From Bacteroidia bacterium (GTDB taxonomy: Bacteria > Bacteroidota > Bacteroidia > Chitinophagales > UBA2359): DNA of 64,000 nt. Both the position numbers and the translations under genes were made by a program. Shown piece by piece: positions 15,805 to 24,898 of this stretch. The notes beneath the pieces were generated by a model. The model saw only the letters and a program-made list of their open reading frames with translations. It made no database searches and was not told the origin of the DNA. Numbering within the stretch: position 1 is the first letter of the stretch; each line of letters starts with the position of its first letter. The stretch lies in the NCBI GenBank assembly GCA_030427245.1, contig JAUHXA010000001.1, positions 91,899 through 155,898 of the forward strand. Reading direction: 5' to 3'.

Positions 15805-18738
15805 TCAATCTCCCAACAACAAAAACCCACCCCAATACCTCGGTGGCAAATCTTCCTTCAATAATTGCAGCTTGGCATAACGCAAAGCTTGAGCATAATT
15901 GTCTTCTTGATTCAGCAAATAATCGTAAAAATGGTGGGCAAAAATGGCAGTTTTTTGGTCGTAAATTTTGAAGAGGGTAAAAACGATGTTGGGAACACCT
16001 GCATACAACAAGCCCCGATTGAGCGATAAAATCCCTTCTCCTGCTGCAATTTTTCCTACTCCACTTTCGCAACAACTCAAAAAAACCAAGTCGCTTTTGA
16101 GCTTCAACTGATACAGTTCGTGGGCATACAAAATGGCACTTTGAGTAGATAAAGCATTTTGTTGTCGAGGTTCGAGAGGATTTGCATTGGAGGAGGTATC
16201 AGTCGAAATTGGAGTCTGTTTTTTGTCGGGCGAAAACAAAATCCCCAATACATTTTTCTTTTGATTGGAGACTCCATGGGCTGCAATGTGTAAATATTTG
16301 GGCTGAGTCTGCTGTGCGTTTTTCTTGAATTCCTCCAAATTGGCTTTGGCACGCAGAAAAACCTGTGATTGCCAACCCTTTTGCTGAAAGTTGGCTTCGA
16401 TGTCTTTCACTTCTTTTTCGGAATAGAGCAAGGCTTTGTAGTGCGTTCCACGAATAGAGACATCTCTTGTAGCTTCTGCGGGTAGGGCTTCGGACACATT
16501 GGAGGAGAATTGTTGGGTGTCGTAAACGGGAGCGAAACCCAAAAATTGAGGTAGTAAGTTTTTGGAGTCTTTGTTTCGCTGTTGTTGATATTGACGCAAG
16601 GTGGCGGAATAGTGGTAGGTGATGCTGTATTTTTTGAGCAAATAGGGCATTTTTGAATAAGCCGTTTTGAAGGAGGTCGCTTGGGTAAGCAACAATTCAA
16701 AGGGCAATTCCAATAGGTGACTGTCGGGTAAAATCAATAGAGATTCGATTTGATTTCCTTGAAATTTTTCTTCAATCGGTGCTATCAGTAATTGATACAA
16801 TTGATGGGCTTTTTGGACATACGCTTTGCGGTTCATGCCCAAAATCGCTTCGTCTATAAAGCTGTCTAACAATTGGTTAAAGCCTTCAGTGAGATTTGTT
16901 CTTTCTAAGCAAATCGTGTGAATGTCTATATACAGGATATACAAATACTCCTCTCCCAAAATATAACTGATAGCAGCTTGGTAAGTTTTCAGTTGAGATT
17001 GAAGGTCTTTTACTTGAAGGGAAGGCATTTGGTGCTTCAATTCCAAATATTCGGGATGTTCTTTTTCGATTTGTTGGAAAAGTTGGTGGTATTCAACTTG
17101 GAGGTTGGCAAACTGTTCTCCCTTATCATCAAATGTTTTTGAATCGGTTTCTAAGTCTGCTTTTTGCAGTAGGGTTTGATGGTAATTGATTCTTGATTGC
17201 AACTGTTGTAGCTCTTGCAGTTTTTTGGTCGGAATAGCAGATAATTGAAGGGCTTCTGCCTTTTGAATAGTAGATAATAGGCTGTGAACCTTGTTTTTTT
17301 CGGAAAGAATAAAGATTTCTTCCTGTAATTTTACCTCTAAGAATTGGCTGTATTGTTCATATAGTATATTGATTGCCAAGTGATAAAATTGAGTGATGTA
17401 TTGGTGAAAGATTAATTGGTCAGCCTCTTGAAAAATAGAGGATTGTTTTTCTGCAATTAGGGCATAAGTGTTTGGAAACAGTTGAACAGCCTCTTGCAGG
17501 TATTCCACATTTTGTTCGGCTCTAAAACACTCGAAAAGAATTTGAAGGCGACGCATCTCCAATTCTATAAGAAGCTCTAAATTAAAGACTTGATGGGTTT
17601 TTTGTGCTTTTTCGCAATGCTTCAAGGCTTTTTTAATGGAAAAGAGAGCTTCACGCGGCTTATTTTGCAGACTCAACGATTTTGCATCATACCCATAATA
17701 ACGGGCTTTAAACATGTTTTGATTAATATCCAGGTTTTCAATTGCTTCTTTCCCTTTCTGAAAACACTCTTCAACCATTTCCCATTTTTGAGCGTCTAAG
17801 CACAGTACCAACCAGTTATCGTAAGCAAATACCAACCATTCATAGTTTTCAGGATTGTGTTGAAGGTGATTGTCAAGGGCTTGTTGAAAAAAATCAGATG
17901 CTTGCTCCCAATTTCCCTGTTTTACATAGAGTTCTCCAATATAAAACAGTATCATGGAAATCTCGTCATAAGCCAATTCTTGCTGTTGTAGTATCGCTAA
18001 AGTTTCTTGATATTGTTGAAATGCGGCATCGTCCTCTCCCAATTTAGCCTGTATTTCAGCCAAACTCACTTTAACATGTATGGTTATAGGATTGTCTATA
18101 CCAAGATGCACTTCGAAGAGTCGAAGTGCTTTTACTAAATAAGACTTCGAGAGGTTGTAATACTCCAATAGTCTATAGGTATGGGCAATGTTAAAATAGG
18201 TGTAAGCAGTGCTTGTAAGCGATTTTTTATTGGTCTTTCGGCTTTGTATTTTCAAAGCTTTGTAGTAGTAGGGCAAAGAATTTTGGTAACGATAGGTGTG
18301 ATTGTAATAGTTGCCAATGCCTGTATAAACCATTGCTATTCCTTCTTCATCGTTTAGATTTTGATAAACAGCCAACGCCAATTTGCTTTGCTTCAATGAG
18401 TTTTCATATTGTTTTTGGTCGAAAGAAATAGTTGCCTGCAAATCATACAAATTCCCCAATAAGGTTTGCTGCTTTTTTATTTTGTTTTCATAAACTCTTA
18501 GAGCTTCTTCGACTAGTTTTTGTGCTTCTGCCGATGCTTGCTGATTGCGTTTCCAATTCGCCATTCTATACAAACATTGGATATAAGATTCCCATTTTTC
18601 ATATTCTAAATAAATTTTGGATGCACTGTCAAATAAATCGTAGCTTTTGCTAAAGGGACTTTCTTCAAGGAGTTGCTGTCCTTCTGCAAATAACCTATCC
18701 GCTTGTTCGATTGCCGACTCGTTTAATTCTTTGTCCAT
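15805..18738 (-). CDS. TPR-repeat + CHAT domain (caspase-fold protease) protein, paralog 1
   Basis: 977 aa. The N-terminal ~450 aa are TPR-like repeats. The C-terminal CHAT domain has a His in YLHIAAHGVSN and a Cys in LVFLSCCESGVGK. A TAnnTTTG-like box (TATATTTG, rc of 18773-18780) lies ~35 nt upstream of the ATG. Confidence 0.9.
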   Translation of the reverse strand: MDKELNESAIEQADRLFAEGQQLLEESPFSKSYDLFDSASKIYLEYEKWESYIQCLYRMANWKRNQQASAEAQKLVEEALRVYENKIKKQQTLLGNLYDLQATISFDQKQYENSLKQSKLALAVYQNLNDEEGIAMVYTGIGNYYNHTYRYQNSLPYYYKALKIQSRKTNKKSLTSTAYTYFNIAHTYRLLEYYNLSKSYLVKALRLFEVHLGIDNPITIHVKVSLAEIQAKLGEDDAAFQQYQETLAILQQQELAYDEISMILFYIGELYVKQGNWEQASDFFQQALDNHLQHNPENYEWLVFAYDNWLVLCLDAQKWEMVEECFQKGKEAIENLDINQNMFKARYYGYDAKSLSLQNKPREALFSIKKALKHCEKAQKTHQVFNLELLIELEMRRLQILFECFRAEQNVEYLQEAVQLFPNTYALIAEKQSSIFQEADQLIFHQYITQFYHLAINILYEQYSQFLEVKLQEEIFILSEKNKVHSLLSTIQKAEALQLSAIPTKKLQELQQLQSRINYHQTLLQKADLETDSKTFDDKGEQFANLQVEYHQLFQQIEKEHPEYLELKHQMPSLQVKDLQSQLKTYQAAISYILGEEYLYILYIDIHTICLERTNLTEGFNQLLDSFIDEAILGMNRKAYVQKAHQLYQLLIAPIEEKFQGNQIESLLILPDSHLLELPFELLLTQATSFKTAYSKMPYLLKKYSITYHYSATLRQYQQQRNKDSKNLLPQFLGFAPVYDTQQFSSNVSEALPAEATRDVSIRGTHYKALLYSEKEVKDIEANFQQKGWQSQVFLRAKANLEEFKKNAQQTQPKYLHIAAHGVSNQKKNVLGILFSPDKKQTPISTDTSSNANPLEPRQQNALSTQSAILYAHELYQLKLKSDLVFLSCCESGVGKIAAGEGILSLNRGLLYAGVPNIVFTLFKIYDQKTAIFAHHFYDYLLNQEDNYAQALRYAKLQLLKEDLPPRYWGGFLLLGD

Positions 18739-18786
18739 ATTGCAGGGATAATGAAAAATAACTATTTCATGGCAAATATAGACAAG

Positions 18787-18827
18787 AAAAAGCCAATGCC
18801 GATAATTAAAATTTTATCGACATTGGC
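18787..18827 (-). terminator. Rho-independent terminator of the SET-domain gene (copy 2 of the repeated module)
   Basis: GCCAATGCCGATAA ttaaaatt TTATCGACATTGGC (14-bp stem, 1 mismatch). The preceding AAAAA on the plus strand gives a U-run on the minus strand. Confidence 0.7.
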
Positions 18828-18855
18828 TTATCATGAAAATCAGCAATACAAATTT

Positions 18856-19347
18856 TTATTCAGCAATAAATACCATTGTCCTCTCGCTCAATTTTGCTTC
18901 AATATGTGGAGATAATCGATATTTTTCAAGCACTTCTTCCTCCAGAAATGCCGCCCCTTGAATACGCTTCAAACACTTCTCACTTCCACACATACAATCA
19001 AAGGCTTCGGTCATTGCCCATTCGGTTGAAGGATAGAAAAATGCCATTTCTTCGCCTTTTTGAATCGGGCGTAAGGTTCGCAAAGTCATGGTTTCTAAAT
19101 CAAAAAACACGTTGGGATTACAACTGTGATTGATGTATTGCAGATATTCGGGGTCGAGGTGAATGTGCTTATTCTTGCCCATTTGCACTGTATAGCGAGT
19201 GGCTTGAGGTAATATTTTTTTGTAGCTAAATGCCATCAAAACTGTATTGGCTTCCATATCTTGAGTGACAAACATGGATTTATAATTTTCTTCGGTGAAG
19301 TGTCTTACTTCAAAAAAAGGAGTGACTTGTTGATTTTTAGAATTCAT
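18856..19347 (-). CDS. SET-domain protein (putative protein-lysine methyltransferase)
   Basis: 163 aa. It has the NHSCNPN signature (YINHSCNPNVFFD), a GEEMAFFY motif, and a Cys-rich post-SET-like CMCGSEKC. Confidence 0.85.
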   Translation of the reverse strand: MNSKNQQVTPFFEVRHFTEENYKSMFVTQDMEANTVLMAFSYKKILPQATRYTVQMGKNKHIHLDPEYLQYINHSCNPNVFFDLETMTLRTLRPIQKGEEMAFFYPSTEWAMTEAFDCMCGSEKCLKRIQGAAFLEEEVLEKYRLSPHIEAKLSERTMVFIAE

Positions 19348-19755
19348 GTTGGTTGTATTATTAGTTAAAATTTGAGCGCAATGGCTTCAACTACGTCTTG
19401 GGCAATCAACTTGTATTGGCAAGGGCTATGTCGGGTTTCTTCCCTTTTGGAGTTTTCGACTCTTGCCATTTCTTCTTCAGATAATGTATAACACCAACTG
19501 AAATTCTAATAGTCCCGCCCTACGGCTCTTTTGACTATTTCATGTTGCATTCCCAACTACCTAGACGTTTAATTTGAATAGTTTTTTAGCAGTTTATCTA
19601 CATATAAGTTTTTTTAAACAAAAATGCTTCGTGTTGAACAATATGTCCATTTGCTAATTTTCTGTGGTTATATAGAGTACTTTCGCAAAATAATATCTCC
19701 TGTTTTAGCCATGAGAGGATATTTGACCGTCGGTTATCTTTGTCATTTTCTTTTG

Positions 19756-20159
19756 TCAACAGGTTAAATAATATCCCCCTTCTGTCATCAAATCAATGTA
19801 TTTTTTAATATCGGTTAGCTTTATATGGCTTGCACCACCACATATAGAAAGAACATTGAAGGATACATTATCAATAATTTGTAAATCTAATTGGTTTTGA
19901 ACAATTAGAGTATCGTCATATAGATGCGGGTAGTCTCTATTTATAGCCATAATCGCCTCTGGAATTATATCAACACCAATCAGAGTATCAACAGCCAAAG
20001 AGCTGTTCTCTTTTATATACTTGCCCATGAGTCCACTGCCACAAGCTACATCCGGCACTTTTAATTCATTCAAACTCTTAGAGGCATGTTTCAACAATAG
20101 ATTCCCCAGCTCTCTAAAACATTGGTAGTCTAATAAGTCACACTTATATCTGTATTTAT
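19756..20159 (-). pseudogene. Truncated class I SAM-dependent methyltransferase
   Basis: The frame reads DKYRYKCDLLDYQCFRELGNLLLKHASKSLNELKVPDVACGSGLMGKY... (motif I DVACGSG). It has no start codon: the frame is closed by TAG exactly at the edge of the repeat beginning at 20160. It ends early (…GGYYLTC*) compared with the intact paralog at 33619-34251. Confidence 0.55.
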
Positions 20160-20345
20160 CCTAATTAGTTTACGCTTGTTTACTTCAGTTTACTTTGAGT
20201 TGTGAATAGCACTTAAGATTTTATCTATATTAGTAAAGCTACTTTACGTTTGCCTCTTATTAGAGTGTAAGATGTTGTATTTGATTTAATTCGGCGTTTC
20301 TATTAATAACGTGACTTAAGCTTTAGGAAATGTGACTTAACTTTC
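20160..20345 (+). repeat. Diverged, shorter copy of the ~330-bp intergenic element (ends with a bipartite GTGAC motif at 20301-20340)
   Basis: CTAATTAGTTTACGCTTGTTTACTTCAGTTTACTTTGAGTTGTGAATAGCA...TTCTATTAATAACGTGACTTAAGCTTTAGGAAATGTGACTTAAC aligns with 20552-20800. Confidence 0.65.
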
Positions 20346-20484
20346 TCAAAAAAATGAAAGAATCGCAAAGTATTTTCGGTTCATATACCTTTTTCAGTAA
20401 GAAATTTAGCATTTGTTTTCCGAGGTTTTGGGATAAACTAGTCAAAATTATGGTGCTGGCTGCGTCGGGTTAGGTTTAGGTAAA

Positions 20485-20816
20485 AAAAACCACAAGCAAT
20501 TTTCAACTACTTGTGGTAAAAATTAAGCCCAGCGCTTAAATCGTTATAAACCCTAATTAGTCCGTTTACTTCGAGTTGTGAGTAGTATTCAAAAATTTTC
20601 AGTTAAACTAGTAAAGCATTTGTCTCCTACTAGTATTTAATCACCCTTTATTTATTGTATAATGTAAATCCCAAAAGTTTCTTATGGGGACAATTTGGGA
20701 GCGTACATTATAAACTTAATAGGAGAGGGTAAGTGTTGTCTCCCATTTAACCGTCATTTCTATTAATAACGTGCCTTGCTTACTCCAAAACGTGACTTGT
20801 TTTTTGAAAAAAAATG
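20485..20816 (+). repeat. ~330-bp intergenic element, copy A
   Basis: Aligns by eye along its whole length with 40355-40686. It begins with the hairpin ACCACAAG...CTTGTGGT (20489-20517), which has an A-run on the left and so acts as a terminator for the minus strand. It ends with TATTAATAACGTGCCTTGCTTACTCCAAAACGTGACTTGTTTTTTGAAAAAAA. Confidence 0.8.
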
Positions 20817-20833
20817 TCGTTTCTAAAACCTGC

Positions 20834-21706
20834 TTAGCTTTTTATAAAAAAAGGCTCTTCCAACCCTTTAGTATTTGTTTCAAGAACCAACACGCTTCCA
20901 GCAAGTGGCTGCTGTAACAATTGTTGTGCGCTCAAATCCATTCTTGCAGAAGTAATAAAAAGTTGATTCATAGCTGGGCCTCCAAATGTACAACTAGTGG
21001 GTTGTTGAACGGGTAGTTTGATGGTTTGGTCAATATTGCCATCTGGAGCATATCGAACAACTCGCCCTGTACCCCATTTTGCACTCCAAACAAAACCTTC
21101 TACATCAACTGTTAATCCGTCAGGTTCACTACCATCTGTATCCAATGCAAAAAATCTCTCATTTGTCATCATTCCTGTTTCTATATCAAAATCATAAGCA
21201 TAAATGCAATACTTGAAGGAATCTGTATAATACATGGTTTTATTATCTGGACTCCAGCCGATACCATTTGAGCATATAACTCCTTCTTTGAAGCTGTTGA
21301 TTGTCCCATTATTATCCAACTTGTATAATACACCTACTGGTTTGTCAAAATCATTATCAAGTGACCCCGCCCAAAATCGCCCCTTTCTGTCACATTTTCC
21401 ATCGTTGAACCTCATATTCGTTTTATTTTTTAGGGGATTTGCAATCGGCGTTATAGATTCTGTTACCAAGTTTATATAAGCAAATCCTATGTCTAGTGCG
21501 GCTACAATTTCATTATCGTTCGTAGTAAAGGCAAAACTGCCAATTTTATGTTCAAGCTTAATTTCACGGAAGGCATTGGTCTCAATATGTAAAGTATAGA
21601 TTGCAGGAGTTTCTATGTCAATCCAATATAAAGCTTGCTCTTTTACTGACCAAACTGGACATTCACCCAATATGTTTTTTGAACGATATAAACACTTAGC
21701 TTTCAT
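20834..21706 (-). CDS. SMP-30/gluconolactonase/LRE-like beta-propeller hydrolase
   Basis: The probable start is MKAKCLYRSKNILGECPVWS (21706); the ORF track extends to 21817. Typical family pieces are ECPVWS..ALYWIDI, RFNDGKCD..GRFW.GS and PDGLTVD.EG..W.A. Confidence 0.8.
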   Translation of the reverse strand: MKAKCLYRSKNILGECPVWSVKEQALYWIDIETPAIYTLHIETNAFREIKLEHKIGSFAFTTNDNEIVAALDIGFAYINLVTESITPIANPLKNKTNMRFNDGKCDRKGRFWAGSLDNDFDKPVGVLYKLDNNGTINSFKEGVICSNGIGWSPDNKTMYYTDSFKYCIYAYDFDIETGMMTNERFFALDTDGSEPDGLTVDVEGFVWSAKWGTGRVVRYAPDGNIDQTIKLPVQQPTSCTFGGPAMNQLFITSARMDLSAQQLLQQPLAGSVLVLETNTKGLEEPFFIKS

Positions 21707-21852
21707 GATTATTTTTATTCCTATATTTCTTGTTAAAAAACAATTCTTATTAGCTGAATCGTTATAAGCACTTCTATAAATGTCTAGTGCATTCCAAAGC
21801 AAAACACCTAATGCCACTACTCTAAATAGATGAACTGTTTGGAAGAGGTCTG

Positions 21853-22632
21853 CTAGCTAATTTGATAATCTATGTTTTGAAGGATTCGTTTTTTTGGTCT
21901 TTTTAGTGTGGGTTCATGGAAAAAACCAAAAAGAAATACATCTCGAATAGCAGGTTGAGTCGGGTCAATCGGATGTATAGGACTCACGCTGTGCATCACA
22001 TCAGGGTCCAGAAATATCATGGTATCCATAGGTTTCGTCAAGGTAAAGCGAGTAATTAAGTTTTTGTCATTATCATAAACTGCACTTTCTCCACCTTTTG
22101 CATTTTGGCGATTCATAAGATAAACAAAGCCAGATTCTCCACCATCTCGATGAATGCCCTCTGGAGTAGGTTCTCCCAATTCTTCCGCTGAAGCAATTAC
22201 TCTAACTAAATGAACTTCTACTTTCCACGGGGAATCGAGCAGTTCCTTCTTTTTGGCATCGGGGGTTTGCGCAAAACTGAATTTTATTAACTCCAGCATG
22301 AATTTATTCTCAATGGTACGTTTTTTCAAAGGTGGAAACTCCCGATTAATTCCTCCTGCATATTCGTTATCTTCCGCTGGTTGGAAAAACGGAACTTTTT
22401 CCATGACCTGTAAAATATCCTTGCTGGGATGGTAGTAAAAATAATTGAATCGTCGATAACGAAATTTTGAATTATTTTGTAAATAATTATCTAATGGTAA
22501 GTCCTCCCAATCTTTTTTGAAGGCTTCATAGTCTTCCCATAAGCCTTTATCAATAATCATTTTATCGGAAGGAATGCGGACGAATTTTTGGACGTCCAGC
22601 AGTTGACTGTATTTATTCTCAGTTGAAATCAT
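21853..22632 (-). CDS. 2OG-Fe(II) dioxygenase, PF10014-like (family of amino-acid hydroxylases such as L-Ile 4-hydroxylase)
   Basis: 259 aa. HxD facial-triad element in PEGIHRDGGESGFVYLMNR, with a distal His in DPDVMHSVSPI. Confidence 0.7.
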   Translation of the reverse strand: MISTENKYSQLLDVQKFVRIPSDKMIIDKGLWEDYEAFKKDWEDLPLDNYLQNNSKFRYRRFNYFYYHPSKDILQVMEKVPFFQPAEDNEYAGGINREFPPLKKRTIENKFMLELIKFSFAQTPDAKKKELLDSPWKVEVHLVRVIASAEELGEPTPEGIHRDGGESGFVYLMNRQNAKGGESAVYDNDKNLITRFTLTKPMDTMIFLDPDVMHSVSPIHPIDPTQPAIRDVFLFGFFHEPTLKRPKKRILQNIDYQIS

Positions 22633-22692
22633 CGTTGTATTTTTTCTTTAAATGTTAGAAATGTGGTCATTATCCTCGTTACTGAGCGGATG

Positions 22693-24879
22693 CTATTCTA
22701 TTACTGGATATTTAGGTTTACCATTCAGCAGAAGCTTTGGTTTTACTAGTGTAGGCAATGCTTCTTTCGAAGAGGTTTTGTGTTCATCAATATGTTTTTT
22801 AATTTCTGCTTTTCGCTTTTTTCGAACAGCCTCTTGATAGGCAATTAAAGGATGAATAGAGATGCCCATGCCAGCAGTCATACTAATCTGGTTAGCAATA
22901 ATAGCTGCCAGAATACCAAAATGAAAGAAAAATACCCCTCCAGTTACCAGTCCACTAATGGTAACTGCGGTGTAGAAATTACTTTTCATACTGGCATGAT
23001 ATTGTTTCCCTATTTCAAAAAGGAGTGGAAGCTGTCGAAGAGCCTCATCCATCAGGATAATTTGTGCGGTATCGGTAGCAATAGAGGTTGCTCCATTAAG
23101 CGAGATAGAGACATCCGCTTTTTTGAGCGCAATAGAGTCATTGATGCCATCTCCGACGAAGCAAACGGTCTTCTTCTCTTTGCGAAGTAAATCAACCAGA
23201 CTGGCTTTTTCAGCAGGCAATACCTCAGCATGATAAGTCTCAATACCCAACTCCCACGCCAGGCGACGAGTGGGAGAATGGTGGTCCCCCGAAATGATGA
23301 TACATTCTATGCCTCTATTTTGAAAAAACGATACTACTTGTTTTGCTTCAGGACGAATAGTGGGGCAAAGTTCAATGACTCCTTCCAGAACACCGTTGAC
23401 TGCCACGCATACCATGGAGTTCCCGTGTTCTTGCGCTTTTTCAGTGATGTCTTTTATATTTTCAGAAATAGAAATGTCATTAATTGCCATAAAACGGGCA
23501 CTTCCGATATGAATTTCATTCTCGTCCGCTTTTGCATAAATACCGTAACCGATTTCTATTTTTGTATGAACAACATCTGGTAATGGCAAACTTCGCTTTT
23601 CTGCCTCTTCCAAAATTGCCTGTGCAATCGGGTGAGACTGTCGGTATTCGGCTGCGGCAGCAAAAGTGAGCAGTTCATTTTCTGAAAATTGGTTGAGCAG
23701 ATGGATTTTTTCAACATTAGGCAAGTTGAGCGTGAGTGTTCCAGTTTTATCAAATACGATAGTGTCCACTTTGTGAAGCAATTCTAAAACTCTTCCATCC
23801 TTGATTAGTAATCCTTCTTGAGCAGCAATGGATAAATAATTTAGGACAATCATCGGCGAAATCATCCGTAAATTGAAGCCATAGTTGGAGTTCAAAAGTG
23901 CCACACTTCCTACTGGGCCTACGAATGGTAAGGCTGCTCCCGCAAATGCTAAAAGTGGCAGTGTGGTTTTGTCTGCTCGTTTTTGTCCTTCGGCAACCAT
24001 CTCATCCCGATAATCAAGCGAGTGATTTAAAGCATCACCGATTTGATAAACCACCATAGCTTTGCCTACTTTCTCAGCCCGAATGTGGACTTTGCCCTCT
24101 ACTAGCAAGGTAGAAGCAAAGCAAGTAGCGCCGATGCCCTTGTCAATGGGTTGTGATTCGCCAGTCAACATTCGTTCATCAATCATGGCTGCACCGTCAA
24201 TGATGACTCCATCTACTGGAATCGTCTGACCTGCATATACACTTAAGACATTTCCAACCTCCACTGAATCTAAAGGGATTTCAATCTCTACGCTTCCCTT
24301 CACCAACCAAACAGTGGCTGGCAAGTCCTCCATAATCTGATACATCTGGCGAAGGGAATGGTCTTCAGTTTTTAGCAATATTTTTCGATTGGTAAAATAA
24401 AGTGTACTATCAAAAAAGGCAGAAGCTATATATCCCGTCAGCAAAGTACCTGCGAAATTCACTAAATCCATCACCTCCAACACTATTTTTCGTTCTTCGG
24501 TAAGTGCTTTCCATGCTCTTTTGGTGAAAGGTAAAGCTGAATATATGGCAGGTGGAATTGCCAATATCAGCAACGGCGGATAAACCACATAACTCATCAG
24601 AGTAAAACCCATTAACCCTGCCGAAAGTACCAAATCACGGTCAATTGCTTTTTCTTCTTCGCTTTTTTCAATGCTGCCAAATTGCTGCAATTGCTGTTCT
24701 CGTTTATCCTGACGAATAGAAGAAATAAATGAATCTATTAGCTTGGGAGCCTCTTCTTCTTCTTGGCTGTTTGACCGAAGATGTCGGGATAGTTGTTGAG
24801 TTTTTTTAGAATGCTTTTCATGCAGTTCTTTTCCAAATGTATAAATACATCCTGCGATTATTGTTCCTGTTATAAACAT
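22693..24879 (-). CDS. P-type ATPase (P1B-like fold but without a recognisable CPx metal motif or N-terminal HMA domain)
   Basis: Motifs present: TGES (MLTGESQP), DKTGTLT and GDGINDS. I prefer the start at 24879 (MFITGTIIAG...), which avoids overlap with the upstream gene; the ORF track extends to 24990. Confidence 0.85.
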   Translation of the reverse strand: MFITGTIIAGCIYTFGKELHEKHSKKTQQLSRHLRSNSQEEEEAPKLIDSFISSIRQDKREQQLQQFGSIEKSEEEKAIDRDLVLSAGLMGFTLMSYVVYPPLLILAIPPAIYSALPFTKRAWKALTEERKIVLEVMDLVNFAGTLLTGYIASAFFDSTLYFTNRKILLKTEDHSLRQMYQIMEDLPATVWLVKGSVEIEIPLDSVEVGNVLSVYAGQTIPVDGVIIDGAAMIDERMLTGESQPIDKGIGATCFASTLLVEGKVHIRAEKVGKAMVVYQIGDALNHSLDYRDEMVAEGQKRADKTTLPLLAFAGAALPFVGPVGSVALLNSNYGFNLRMISPMIVLNYLSIAAQEGLLIKDGRVLELLHKVDTIVFDKTGTLTLNLPNVEKIHLLNQFSENELLTFAAAAEYRQSHPIAQAILEEAEKRSLPLPDVVHTKIEIGYGIYAKADENEIHIGSARFMAINDISISENIKDITEKAQEHGNSMVCVAVNGVLEGVIELCPTIRPEAKQVVSFFQNRGIECIIISGDHHSPTRRLAWELGIETYHAEVLPAEKASLVDLLRKEKKTVCFVGDGINDSIALKKADVSISLNGATSIATDTAQIILMDEALRQLPLLFEIGKQYHASMKSNFYTAVTISGLVTGGVFFFHFGILAAIIANQISMTAGMGISIHPLIAYQEAVRKKRKAEIKKHIDEHKTSSKEALPTLVKPKLLLNGKPKYPVIE

Positions 24880-24898
24880 GATTTTCGAATGATTAAAT

